A stretch of DNA of 64,000 nucleotides, from assembly GCA_046483495.1 (NCBI GenBank), contig JAWODC010000015.1, positions 1-64,000 of the forward strand, in the 5' to 3' direction. Position 1 is the stretch's first letter, and each line of letters opens with the position of its first letter. This document shows positions 31,514-41,368 of this stretch, piece by piece. The stretch comes from Desulfobacterales bacterium (GTDB lineage Bacteria > Desulfobacterota > Desulfobacteria > Desulfobacterales > UBA5616). A model generated the notes under the pieces. The model saw only the letters and a program-made list of their open reading frames with translations, ran no database searches and was not told where the DNA came from. Position numbers and translations under genes: made by a program.

Positions 31514-32365
31514 CTAAGGGGAGCCGTTTTTCGATGGTTTGTAATACAAGAGCGCATTTGCATATGGCGAGAGCCGGTTGACCAGATCTTTCATTTCATT
31601 GTCGGCCATCGGGCTGAACGTATTTGCCAGATGAACATTTTCTTCTAATTGTTGAACCGTATCACAGCCGATGACAGCCGTGGCGATAGTCTGTGATAGT
31701 GCAAAACGGAAGTACGGCGCCACACTCGTGAATCCGGGAACGCGTGCAACGACCCCTCTGACGTAAACCTTCATACCGATAACGCCCATTTTCTTTTCAT
31801 GGGCGAGCGGCGCCACAATTTCCAAAAAATTGTCGTAGGCAGGTTCCGCCGGGTTTGCCGGGATCAAGACCGTGTCAAAGTCATACAGCTCGAGGCAGCG
31901 CCTCAATACGTAAGGGTCATGGTGGCCGGTGATGCCGACAAATCGCGTACTCCCCTGGCGTTTCGATTGGTCGAATGCCTCTATTGCCCCGCCGGACCCG
32001 AATATCTCGGCGATATCCTGCTGATTTCTTACATCATGAACCTGCCATAAATCAAGATAATCCGTACGCATATGATGAAGGGTCTCCCTCAAATGCGCCA
32101 GAGCTCCCGATTTATTCCTTGCATGCGATTTGCTGGTAAGGAAAATGTCTTTACGCCTTTCCTTCAGGGCCGACCCATAATAGGACTCGCTTCCCGAATA
32201 GGCCCGCGCCGATTCCAGGTAGTTTATTCCCAAATCAATCGCCCGATTAATGAGATGAACGGATTCCTTTTCGTAGCCGTAGGTTCTGAGTATGCCTTCT
32301 CCGCCAAGGCCCAGAATGGTCACGTCCACCCCGGTCTTGCCGAGTTTTCGTTTAGGTATTTTCAT
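31514..32365 (-). CDS. Aldo/keto reductase
   Basis: RKLGKTG, LGLGG, DYLDLWQVH, GITGH, IGMK. Confidence 0.9.
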   Translation of the reverse strand: MKIPKRKLGKTGVDVTILGLGGEGILRTYGYEKESVHLINRAIDLGINYLESARAYSGSESYYGSALKERRKDIFLTSKSHARNKSGALAHLRETLHHMRTDYLDLWQVHDVRNQQDIAEIFGSGGAIEAFDQSKRQGSTRFVGITGHHDPYVLRRCLELYDFDTVLIPANPAEPAYDNFLEIVAPLAHEKKMGVIGMKVYVRGVVARVPGFTSVAPYFRFALSQTIATAVIGCDTVQQLEENVHLANTFSPMADNEMKDLVNRLSPYANALLYYKPSKNGSP

Positions 32366-32883
32366 GGATCCCCCCTATTTCAAGGTCATTTACGGCCATC
32401 TATTTTTTTGCACCTGATTTTTTAAATTAGCACAGAACATGCACCGCATCAAATAAGGTGCAGGAATTCTCTCCCTTCTTTTATTTAATCCAATATCAAC
32501 AACTTAATTTAACTTTTACGGCTGGTTCGGCACACGAATAAAGAAAAAAACATACAAGAGCAAATGTGGGAAATTGGAGCTGCTGTTGGCGGCAATAAGG
32601 CAGAACGGAAAATAAACCGGCCATGAAAAAGGAATGAATGAAAAATCCTACTATTTGAATAACCATTTGTCTTAAGTGGTTATTCGAATATTCGTGGTCG
32701 GCGGGCTGCCGGGCAGAAGAAAAATTCCTACATTTTTCCACGATTCGAGACGAATTCGAAGCCCAATCAGGCCTTATTCCTCCCCTATATTTGCAATCCT
32801 GCACTATTTTGTAGGCAATCGAAAACGAAATCCCGGTTTGCCGCGGTTATTCGGGCTTCATTCATTCGATTCCCATTTCAATT

Positions 32884-32899
32884 TGGCATATACATTGCT
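32884..32899 (+). promoter_or_regulatory. Sigma-54 (-24/-12) promoter
   Basis: TGGCATATACATTGCT, GG-N10-GC spacing, about 75 bp before the GT2 gene. Confidence 0.75.
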
Positions 32900-32972
32900 T
32901 TAGACCATCTTCCAATCGGATGCTGTAAGCTTCCGACAAGCTCATTCGCCTCGGCAATATGGCGACAACAGG

Positions 32973-34466
32973 ATGGATGGACCGAAAATGAAATCGAATA
33001 CAGTGGATACGGTAAGCGAAGAACCGAACCCCAAAACCGGGATAAAAAGAATGGCCGATTTTCAGCGGATTTTATTCTCCGGGGGTTTTTTCTCTTTCAT
33101 TTCCCAGCAGAAGTCATGGTTTCCGGCGTTTTTAGTTTGCATAATCTTTTCCATATCTATGATGATCAGCGAGCGTCGCAGCATGCTTTTTCCGGAAGAT
33201 ATCATTAACGGGTTTTTCGGAAAGACGGTTATCTGCACTGGAGTGGTTTTTCTGCTGATCCATGCCGCCGGGTTGATATGGCGGATGATTCTGTTTCACC
33301 GCTATCGGCCCATTCCGGTTGTTTCGGATGAACAGCTCCCCTCGTGCACGGTTCTGGTACCTGCATTCAATGAAGGGCGACAGGTTCTCTTGACGCTTAA
33401 AAGCCTTGTAACCAGTGATTATCCTCCAAATCGGATGGAAATTATCGCAGTGGATGACGGCAGTGCGGACAGCACCTGGTCCTGGATCAAAAAAGCGGAA
33501 AGTGAATTTCCCGGTCGAATCAAGGCAATGAAGCTGCCGGTCAACAAAGGAAAGCGCCACGCACTTCATGCCGGAATCCTGAAAAGTTCGGGCGAAATTC
33601 TTGTGACGGTGGACAGCGATTCCGTCGTCTTGGCCCGGACACTTCGAAATCTTGTCGGCCCGTTTATATGCGACGGCCGGGTAGGGGCGGTAGCCGGCAA
33701 TGTTCGCGTTCTAAATCGACGCCACGGTATCATTCCCAGAATGCTCGATGTTGTCTTCATTTACAGCTTTGATTTTATTCGGGCCGGGCAAAGCGTTGTC
33801 AAAACAGTCATGTGTACGCCCGGAGCGCTTTCCGCATATCGACGAAGCGCTGCTATGACGGTATTGGATGAGTGGCTGAACCAGACGTTTTTCGGCCGAC
33901 CCGCCAATATCGGAGAAGACCGGGCCATGACCAACTTGATCCTCAGAGAAGGCTTTCACGTTCTTTTTCAGCAAAATGCGACGGTCTATACAAACGTGCC
34001 GACCGACTATGCCGTGTTATGCAAGATGTTTTTGAGGTGGGCTCGCAGCAACATCCGCGAAACGTTGGCCATGAGCCGATTCGCCTTTCGCCGATTCCGT
34101 CGAGGCTCCATGCTTGGGGCGCGTGTGAATTTGATTCTGGGCTGGATTTCACTGATTCGATCACCGCTGTTTTTTTTTACGGCGGCGGCATTGGCCTTGT
34201 TTCATCCACAGGTATTCGGAATGACCACTGTTGCGGGCATTATCATCTTTTCCAGCCTTATGGCCGGCTTGTATCTCCTGCAGACAAGGCGTATCGATGC
34301 CCTGTGGGCATATGCCTATGGTGCGTTCTGGATTTTGGGACTCAGCTGGATAATGCCCTATGCCCTCGTGACACCACACCGGTCCGGATGGCTGACGCGT
34401 CAACTCGAACACGAGTCTTATCGGGTGAGAACCCCGATCCTGAAGGAGAAAGCCTTGAGGCATTGA
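32973..34466 (+). CDS. Processive GT2 synthase (NodC/hyaluronan-synthase-like)
   Basis: VPAFNE, DDGS, NKGKRHAL, VDSDS, CTPGALSAYR, GEDR, MFLRWARS; TM helices at both ends; start uncertain. Confidence 0.85.
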   Translation: MDGPKMKSNTVDTVSEEPNPKTGIKRMADFQRILFSGGFFSFISQQKSWFPAFLVCIIFSISMMISERRSMLFPEDIINGFFGKTVICTGVVFLLIHAAGLIWRMILFHRYRPIPVVSDEQLPSCTVLVPAFNEGRQVLLTLKSLVTSDYPPNRMEIIAVDDGSADSTWSWIKKAESEFPGRIKAMKLPVNKGKRHALHAGILKSSGEILVTVDSDSVVLARTLRNLVGPFICDGRVGAVAGNVRVLNRRHGIIPRMLDVVFIYSFDFIRAGQSVVKTVMCTPGALSAYRRSAAMTVLDEWLNQTFFGRPANIGEDRAMTNLILREGFHVLFQQNATVYTNVPTDYAVLCKMFLRWARSNIRETLAMSRFAFRRFRRGSMLGARVNLILGWISLIRSPLFFFTAAALALFHPQVFGMTTVAGIIIFSSLMAGLYLLQTRRIDALWAYAYGAFWILGLSWIMPYALVTPHRSGWLTRQLEHESYRVRTPILKEKALRH

Positions 34467-34594
34467 GGAAGAGGGAATTGTGCCGCTTTTAGAGATTTTT
34501 TTGCAAGAATTCAGAAGCCGGAAGAAAAGAATCGGAATAGAATACCCCCCCATTTTCTTCTGACTTCAGATCTCCGGCTCCTGTTTTCTTTTTA

Positions 34595-34631
34595 AAAGCC
34601 CGACCGGCAAGATTTTTGTCGGTCGGGCTTT
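34595..34631. terminator. Stem-loop terminator after the GT2 gene
   Basis: aaagcccgaccggcaa...ttgtcggtcgggcttt. Confidence 0.6.
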
Positions 34632-34732
34632 CAATTTTTAAGCCCCTTATGAAATATATTTTCGGAACCGTTTGAAGTTGCACGACAGGCATTGCATCCG
34701 ACAGGGCCGTCTATTTGTCGATTTCGAAACGG

Positions 34733-34761
34733 TTGACAGGTCCTCATTCTTCACATAAAGT
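34733..34761 (+). promoter_or_regulatory. Sigma-70-type promoter
   Basis: TTGACA-N17-TAAAGT. Confidence 0.6.
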
Positions 34762-34924
34762 TGTATAAACACGGAACCTGATCGAGCCTTGATGCAGGTA
34801 ATGGAATAAAACCCAACCCCTTGATCTTATTTTACTTGCGGCTTTCATATCGGAGGGCAGAGCGTTTGGACCGTTCGCCGGTGAATGGTCCAAACCGATC
34901 CACCTTTTAAGTCGAGTCAGGAGT

Positions 34925-36121
34925 ATGATGCTTCCCCGTCACGAAGCTCTGTTCAGTCCTTCAACGATCGGTAATCACGCCATCAATAATCGCCTGGTCC
35001 TGGCGCCGACCTACGTCGGCAGCGCATCCGAAAAAGGAGGCAGGGTTACCGATCAGACCTTGTGCTATTATTATACCCGGGCCAAGGCCGGTGTCGGACT
35101 GGTCATCGTAGAGGTAACGGGTATTACCGGCCGGCATGCTTTTTCTCCAGGGCTTGGATTAGGCGCAGCATCGGATAAGAGTATTCCCGGGTTGAGCGAT
35201 CTGGCCCGGGTTATCCATTGGGGCGGCGCCAAAGGAATCGTTCAATTGACCCTTGGTCAGGGAGCGCAGGCCTTCTACCATCATCGTCAACGGCCCCTGG
35301 TCGGTCCTTCGGACATTCCTGCTGTATTGCCGGTAGAAGGGCTTCCGAAAAATATCAGCGATTTCTGCCGCATAAAGCCGGAAATACCCGTACCCGTAAG
35401 TACGGAGGACATTCGCCTGCTTACGTCGGATGTCCTGCGTGCCGCAGGGAGGGTTCTCAAAGCCGGTTTCGAAGGCATCGAACTTCACGGAGCTCACGGT
35501 TACCTTCTTTCCCAATTCACCTCACCTTATTTTAACCGAAGACGTGATGAATACGGCGGTTCGCGGGAGAATCGGCATCGACTTTCCGTAGAAATCGTCA
35601 GGCAATTAAAAGAAGCATTGGGAATGAACGCCGTTATCGGATATCGGCTTAGCGCCCGGGAATGGATTCCAGGTGGAGCCGGACTTTCCGATTCGGTCCG
35701 GCTTTCACAGCGGCTTGAAGGGGCCGGAATCGACTATATTTCCGTGAGCCAGGGGTGTTTCGGCAGCGTCACCCACGTATTCCCGGCAGGCGAGGACACA
35801 ATCACCGCGGACGCCGAAAAAATAAAAAATGAAGTGTCCATTCCGGTGATGTGTGCCAATTTCCAAAACCCGGATACAGCTGCACGGGCAGTAGAAAACG
35901 GCTCAATTGATTTTGTCGCCCTATCGCGAGCTTTGTTGTCAGACCCCTATTGGATTGCCAAGGTTCGACAGGGCAAGCCCGAAACCATCCGAAAGTGTAT
36001 CCGCTGCTATCAATGCATTGAAGCGGCGAATTTGAACCACCTGCCGGTCCGATGCCCGGTTAATCCGGTCCTGGGATTCGAGCGGTTCGATCCGGACTGC
36101 CGGCCGGTACCGCCGCTTTAA
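34925..36121 (+). CDS. NADH:flavin oxidoreductase (Old Yellow Enzyme family)
   Basis: NRLVLAP, AGFEGIELHGAHGYLLSQF, NRRRDEYGGS, CIRCYQC...CPVNP. Confidence 0.92.
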   Translation: MMLPRHEALFSPSTIGNHAINNRLVLAPTYVGSASEKGGRVTDQTLCYYYTRAKAGVGLVIVEVTGITGRHAFSPGLGLGAASDKSIPGLSDLARVIHWGGAKGIVQLTLGQGAQAFYHHRQRPLVGPSDIPAVLPVEGLPKNISDFCRIKPEIPVPVSTEDIRLLTSDVLRAAGRVLKAGFEGIELHGAHGYLLSQFTSPYFNRRRDEYGGSRENRHRLSVEIVRQLKEALGMNAVIGYRLSAREWIPGGAGLSDSVRLSQRLEGAGIDYISVSQGCFGSVTHVFPAGEDTITADAEKIKNEVSIPVMCANFQNPDTAARAVENGSIDFVALSRALLSDPYWIAKVRQGKPETIRKCIRCYQCIEAANLNHLPVRCPVNPVLGFERFDPDCRPVPPL

Positions 36122-36157
36122 AGCCGGAGAAAAGAAGACGGCATTTGAAGCGGCTCA

Positions 36158-36292
36158 CTATCGGAGAAGGCCCACGATACCAAAAACGATCAGGTAAACG
36201 GCCACGATATAGTTGAGCAGCCTCGGCATGACCAGAATCAAAATGCCCGCAATCAGAGAAATGATCGGTTGGAGATAAACACCCGTTTCCAT
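36158..36292 (-). CDS. DUF3096-like small membrane protein (44 aa, not in ORF track)
   Basis: Manual translation METGVYLQPIISLIAGILILVMPRLLNYIVAVYLIVFGIVGLLR*; GGAGGA RBS. Confidence 0.8.
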   Translation of the reverse strand: METGVYLQPIISLIAGILILVMPRLLNYIVAVYLIVFGIVGLLR

Positions 36293-36293
36293 G

Positions 36294-36602
36294 TTAATCC
36301 TCCCGCTTCCCAATATCCTTTTTCATCTGTTCAAATTCTTCTTTGGAGATTTCTCCACCGGCATATCGACGCTTCAGGATATCGAGAGGATCTTCCTTTC
36401 TACGTTCGTTCGATCGGGATCGGGTAAACATATACACGAAAATCACGAGAAGAATGACGAGCAAAATCCACATGCCGATTCCTCCATATCCATACGGCAT
36501 CATGTGATCGCCGTATCGCCTGTCATGGAAACCGGGCTCACAGGACGCCGATAACATGAGTGCAAAAGCCGCTGCTGAAACCTTTAGGATGATATGTGCC
36601 AT
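36294..36602 (-). CDS. SHOCT-domain membrane protein
   Basis: MMPYGYGG, TM helix, PLDILKRRYAGGEISKEEFEQMKKDI; start uncertain. Confidence 0.82.
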   Translation of the reverse strand: MAHIILKVSAAAFALMLSASCEPGFHDRRYGDHMMPYGYGGIGMWILLVILLVIFVYMFTRSRSNERRKEDPLDILKRRYAGGEISKEEFEQMKKDIGKRED

Positions 36603-36833
36603 TTGCAGCCTCCCCAATACATTGTCAATCTGCGTTGCTCTCAAGGATACATCTGGACGTTTACTCTCCGAAGAGACCTCGAACGGCTGTTTTTTGTCAA
36701 TTACCGGCGCATCGCCGCCGGAATCCGGATACAGCGGATCTTCGGCGATCACCTCTTGCGGTCTCCCATCCCTTGCGGGGTATACCGGATAATGCTGCGA
36801 ACCCTGAATCGCGGTTGTGTTTCGGAAGCTTCT

Positions 36834-36998
36834 TCAGCTCTTGCGCGATGTTTGCGTCTGAAACGACGAAACGAGCTGGGTTACATTTCGGGATTTACAG
36901 TCCGGACACTGGTAATTTTTTTTGTCGTGATCCGACAGGTTCATTGTGACGGAGAATTGCTTTTTGCATTCATCGCATTGAAATTCATACGTCGGCAT
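36834..36998 (-). CDS. FmdB-family zinc-ribbon protein
   Basis: MPTYEFQCDEC...CPDCKS; GGAGGT RBS. Confidence 0.85.
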   Translation of the reverse strand: MPTYEFQCDECKKQFSVTMNLSDHDKKNYQCPDCKSRNVTQLVSSFQTQTSRKS

Positions 36999-37189
36999 GG
37001 TGTCACCTCCATGAAGGCGTTTTATATTTCGACGGTTTATCTTTATATAATTATATAAATTATATTCACCGGAAGCAAACAGAATTGAAAGAGTATCCGG
37101 TGTTTTTTCTTGATGAGTTGTCGGTATTGATTCAATCTGTTGCAAATGGTATAAAAAATTACCCATTTACGCACTGGAGGAGGTGCACT

Positions 37190-38035
37190 ATGACCGAGTT
37201 GATCGAAAAGGCCGCCAAGGACCTGGTGGACAGCCGGCACGCCATTGCCTTGACCGGCGCAGGCATGTCGACGGAATCGGGCATTCCCGATTTCAGAGGT
37301 CCCGACGGACTCTGGACACGTGATCCGGAAGCCGAAAGAAAAGCCTATGAAGCCTATGAAATCTTCAGGCAAAATCCCCGAAAGTTCTGGGAGGAACGAA
37401 TCAATCCGGAAAGTCCTTTACGGAGAGCGTTTGACGTATTCGGGCAATTGAACAAAGCCATGCCCAACCCGGGGCATTATGCGCTGGCCGAACTGGAAAA
37501 AATGGGCATCCTCAAGTTCGTTCTTACCCAGAATATCGACGGCCTGCACACAAAAGCCGGAAACCTGAATGTGGTAGAGTACCATGGCGGTATCAACAAG
37601 TTCAGGTGCATCGGGTGCGGTAAACGCTTCACTGTAGATCGGATCAATCCCGACAAGCTGACTTCGGCCGACAAGCTGCCCCCCTTATGCGAGTGCGGCG
37701 GCATCATCAAAGACGACGGGGTATTTTTCGGCGAGCCGATACCCGATGATAGCCGCAGAATAAGCGAAGAACAGGCAGTCCGATGCGATCTCATGCTGAT
37801 CTGCGGCACCTCTGCAGTCGTCTACCCTTTTGCCGATTTGCCAAGCATTGCCAAATTCGGCGCGGGACGTTTCGGCACCGTTTCACCACCAGGAAGCCGG
37901 GAGAACGTGACCGTCATCGAGGTGAACGCGGAACCCACCCCGCTCACCGGCCGCATTTCGGATTACCTGATCCAGGGCAGGACCGGCGAAATCCTTCCCA
38001 GAATCCTTAAAGAGGTTCAGCGGATTTCGGGTTAG
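37190..38035 (+). CDS. Sir2-family NAD-dependent deacylase
   Basis: TGAGMSTESGIPDFRG, TQNIDGLH, HG, two Cys pairs, FFGEP, GTSAVVYP. Confidence 0.93.
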   Translation: MTELIEKAAKDLVDSRHAIALTGAGMSTESGIPDFRGPDGLWTRDPEAERKAYEAYEIFRQNPRKFWEERINPESPLRRAFDVFGQLNKAMPNPGHYALAELEKMGILKFVLTQNIDGLHTKAGNLNVVEYHGGINKFRCIGCGKRFTVDRINPDKLTSADKLPPLCECGGIIKDDGVFFGEPIPDDSRRISEEQAVRCDLMLICGTSAVVYPFADLPSIAKFGAGRFGTVSPPGSRENVTVIEVNAEPTPLTGRISDYLIQGRTGEILPRILKEVQRISG

Positions 38036-39630
38036 GCGCCGTGTTGGAATGATTTCATGTTTTCAGGCGGATTCACAAGCAGGGTTCCCGTGGGCGGCAG
38101 GCATTCTCCCACCGGATAGGCATCCGGCAGGGATTTATTCATCTGTTCGAATATCCTTTTTGGGCAGGCGAACAGCAGTTCATAATCCTCACCTCCGGCA
38201 ACGGCCAATTCCATGGCGGATAGGCCATGCTTATTGGAAAATCGGATGAGGTCCGTATTCAGATGCCCGGGGTCGACTTCGAGCCGTATGGTGACCTGTG
38301 ACGCTTTTGCAATATGAGCGGCATCGCCGGCCAGCCCGTCGCTGATATCCATGACGCATTCGACTCCGTGATCCGCCAGGATCTTCGCTGCATCGAAACG
38401 GGCCTTGGGATGCAGGAATTTGGCTGTCAATTCGGGAAATTCATAATCGTTTTCCATTAGCAGGGCCAACCCGGCCCGTGCCATTCCCAGCGGACCGGTG
38501 CAATATAGACCGTATCCGGATTTGGCCGCTGAACGCACGGGGAAAAGGCCTTTTTTTCCCCGCCCCACTGCAAAGAGATCGAGGGCCAAGCGCTCGGCAG
38601 CGGCGATATTGCCGCCGCCGATTTCACAGCCGTGCCGCCTCAATGCCATATTTATGCCGTCATAAATGCGGCAAATCGTCTGGTCGGAAACCCCGGGCGG
38701 AATGCCTAAATTGATGAACAGACAAACCGGTTCGGCATAGGCGGCGGCCAAGTCACTGAAGGTGATTTCAACGGCCTTTTGTCCGATATCTTCTTCAGTC
38801 TGCCGGCGAAAGTTGAAATGCACACCTTCTCGATGCGTATCCGTCGTTATCACCGGACGCTCTAATGCTTTCAGCAGGGCCGTATCGTCACCGCCCGGAA
38901 CAAGAAGCCCGGTTGCATCGGAAGGCATGCGATAGGCGCCTGCGGTGAGTTTTTCGATCAGGGCGAATTCGTTATGCCAGGGAGCCTGTAAGGCATGCCG
39001 CGGATCACAACCGCAGATACGGGCAAGCGTCCGGGCGCTGTGAACAGGATTGGCCGCCCGTGAAACGGCGGTTATCAAGGAAATGCCGCTTGCCCCGTTG
39101 GCAAAACAGGCGGCGGCATTGCTTTCATCGATGCCGCCGATGGCCACCACCGGCACCGGCGATTCCGCCGCCACCTTTTTCAGACCTTCAAGACCGATGA
39201 CGGCTTTTGCATCGGATTTGGTGCCGGTCGGATATACCGGACCCGTGCCGATGTAATCGCAACCGGAGAGATCCGTTTTTGCCAACTCATCGGGTGTTGA
39301 CACGGAAACGCCGATAATGGCACCAGCACCCAATATCGTTGCAGCGGTTGAAGGGCTTTCATCCTCTTGCCCTAAATGGACTCCATCCGCCTTGACGGCC
39401 TTGGCCAGAAGAAGGTCATCGTTTATGATGAACGGAACCCGGTTGCTTCTGCACAAGTCACGGATGGCGGTCACCTCTTCATAGAGGCGCGGCGTAAACC
39501 TTTTGTTGCGGTACTGGATCATGGTTGCACCTGCAGATATGGCGATAGCCGCCTGATCGACAGGCGATAGGTCCGGGGCCGAATCATCCGTTATGTAATA
39601 AAATCGCAGTGCCTGTTTAAGGTTCAGCAT
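38032..39630 (-). CDS. Thiamine-phosphate synthase / thiamine-monophosphate kinase fusion (ThiE-ThiL)
   Basis: N-half QYRNK, IINDD, GVHLGQED, PTGTK, VAIGGI; C-half EFALIE, GDDTA, SDLAA, DISDGL, GGEDYELLF. Confidence 0.88.
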   Translation of the reverse strand: MLNLKQALRFYYITDDSAPDLSPVDQAAIAISAGATMIQYRNKRFTPRLYEEVTAIRDLCRSNRVPFIINDDLLLAKAVKADGVHLGQEDESPSTAATILGAGAIIGVSVSTPDELAKTDLSGCDYIGTGPVYPTGTKSDAKAVIGLEGLKKVAAESPVPVVAIGGIDESNAAACFANGASGISLITAVSRAANPVHSARTLARICGCDPRHALQAPWHNEFALIEKLTAGAYRMPSDATGLLVPGGDDTALLKALERPVITTDTHREGVHFNFRRQTEEDIGQKAVEITFSDLAAAYAEPVCLFINLGIPPGVSDQTICRIYDGINMALRRHGCEIGGGNIAAAERLALDLFAVGRGKKGLFPVRSAAKSGYGLYCTGPLGMARAGLALLMENDYEFPELTAKFLHPKARFDAAKILADHGVECVMDISDGLAGDAAHIAKASQVTIRLEVDPGHLNTDLIRFSNKHGLSAMELAVAGGEDYELLFACPKRIFEQMNKSLPDAYPVGECLPPTGTLLVNPPENMKSFQHGA

Positions 39631-40175
39631 TCGAATCGCTCCATCCATGAATGAAACAAGGCGATTTTTGCATCTCCCAGTGGTTGTAATTCCTCGATGA
39701 TGGTGCTGATGGATTTTTCTTCGTTTTTATAACCTCCGTTTTTCGAAAAGAATTTGTCGGCATAGCAGATAATCTGCTCTTCCAACGTTTCGGGCACCAT
39801 GTCACGAACAGGGAGAGGCAGGCGGCCGGCAGTAATTTCCGCCGCACGGATGCCCATGCCTAAATGACATTCACACACCCTGGCATGTCTGTGAAGCTCC
39901 AATTTCTTCAAAATCCGCGCCCCAAGTATTCCGTGGCGGATATAAGGGTGTTTCCCATGGCAGTCCAACTGGGATGTATTCGTTAAAAAAATCCCGATAT
40001 CATGCAGCATGGCCGCCTCCCATATAAACGGGATATCCGGATTCGACCCGGTAATGCGACGGGCGATATTCACCGCCTTTTCGCTGACGGCGATGCCGTG
40101 TTCCACGAGAATCGCAAACGCCCGGGATTCGGGATTGTAAAACCGCCGGATGACGGCAATCGGATCGACAGCCAT
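39624..40175 (-). CDS. HD (HDIG) domain protein
   Basis: H...V, LHDIG, HGILG, YADKF. Confidence 0.85.
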   Translation of the reverse strand: MAVDPIAVIRRFYNPESRAFAILVEHGIAVSEKAVNIARRITGSNPDIPFIWEAAMLHDIGIFLTNTSQLDCHGKHPYIRHGILGARILKKLELHRHARVCECHLGMGIRAAEITAGRLPLPVRDMVPETLEEQIICYADKFFSKNGGYKNEEKSISTIIEELQPLGDAKIALFHSWMERFEC

Positions 40176-41277
40176 TTACCCGGCCTTTCCGGACATCAGC
40201 ACGGCTTCGATGAAGGGATCGATATCGCCGTCCAGAACCGAATTGACGTTTCCGATATCCATACTGATCCGGTGGTCCTTTACCAATTGGTAGGGGTGGA
40301 GCACATAGGACCGAATCTGGCTTCCCCAGGCGATTTCCTCCTTGGCATCATGCATTTCCTGGATCTTTTCATCCTGTTTCTGCTTCTCCAACTGATAAAG
40401 GCGCGCCCGGAGAACCTTCATAGCCAGGTCTTTATTACGGTGCTGGGATTTTTCCTGCTGGCACTGAACGGTGATGCCGGTGGGCAGATGGGTAACCCTG
40501 ACGGCGCTGCTGGTTTTGTTTACATGCTGGCCGCCCGCGCCGCTTGCCCTGAATACGTCGATACGGAGATCCTTTTCATCCACATCAACGACGATTTCAT
40601 TATCCAGTTCGGGATAAACGAAAACCGAAGAAAAACTGGTGTGCCGTTTTGCATTGGCATTGAACGGAGATATCCGCACCAGCCGGTGAACCCCCTTTTC
40701 AGACTTCAAATAGCCGTAGGCGTTCCTTCCCGAAACCGTAAATGTGACACTCTTTACTCCTGCCTCGTCCCCCGGCTGAAGATCGATCAATTCCATTTCA
40801 AATCCTTTTCGCTCCACCCAGCGGCTGTACATTCTAAACAGCATCTCCGACCAATCCTGTGCTTCCGTGCCGCCCGCGCCCGCATTGATGGATACGATGG
40901 CATTTCTCTCGTCGTCCGGATCATCCAGCATTATGTCCAGTTCGAGCTGCCGAATCTTTCTCCCGATATCCTCCGCCTGCTGATGAACCTCTTTCAAGAC
41001 GTCGGAATCATCTGCTTCTTCGGAAAGCTCCAATAAAATGCCGCAGTCTTCCAGGCTGTTTTCCAGGCTATTGAAGTGGTCGATTTGTTGAGATAGTTGG
41101 GATCTTTCCCTTAGAATGGACTTGGTCGATTCCGGGTCATCCCAGAAATCGGGTTTGGCGATGACGTACTCGAGTTCATTCAACCGGTTTCTTTTCTTTT
41201 CGAGGTCAAAGATAGCCTTTCAACCGGTCGAGTTCGGCTTTAAGGGATCTGAGGGTGTTTTTTGTTTCCGCCAGCAT
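40176..41277 (-). CDS. prfB: Peptide chain release factor 2, +1 programmed frameshift at CTT-TGA-C (41205-41211)
   Basis: MLAETKNTLRSLKAELDRLKGYL* then +1 frame DLEKKRNRLNELE...; SPF and GGQ motifs. Confidence 0.95.
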
Positions 41278-41368
41278 GGTCACCTCCTAAAAAAGGGCCG
41301 TCGGCCCCGTTTGTTTATATCATCATCAACACGAAATATATATTATTATATGGATTTTAGCGGAAGAA

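Noticed and set aside
34508..34590. cagaagcc/ttctgact heptamer-like remnants
   Set aside because: Too degenerate and no associated gene
34772..34806. TPP-riboswitch-like GAACCTGATC
   Set aside because: The required upstream CTGAGA/ACCC elements and downstream GCGNAGG are missing, and the downstream gene is not thiamine-related
37190..38035. Sir2 as an anti-phage effector
   Set aside because: Canonical CobB-type zinc-binding deacylase with no defence partner genes
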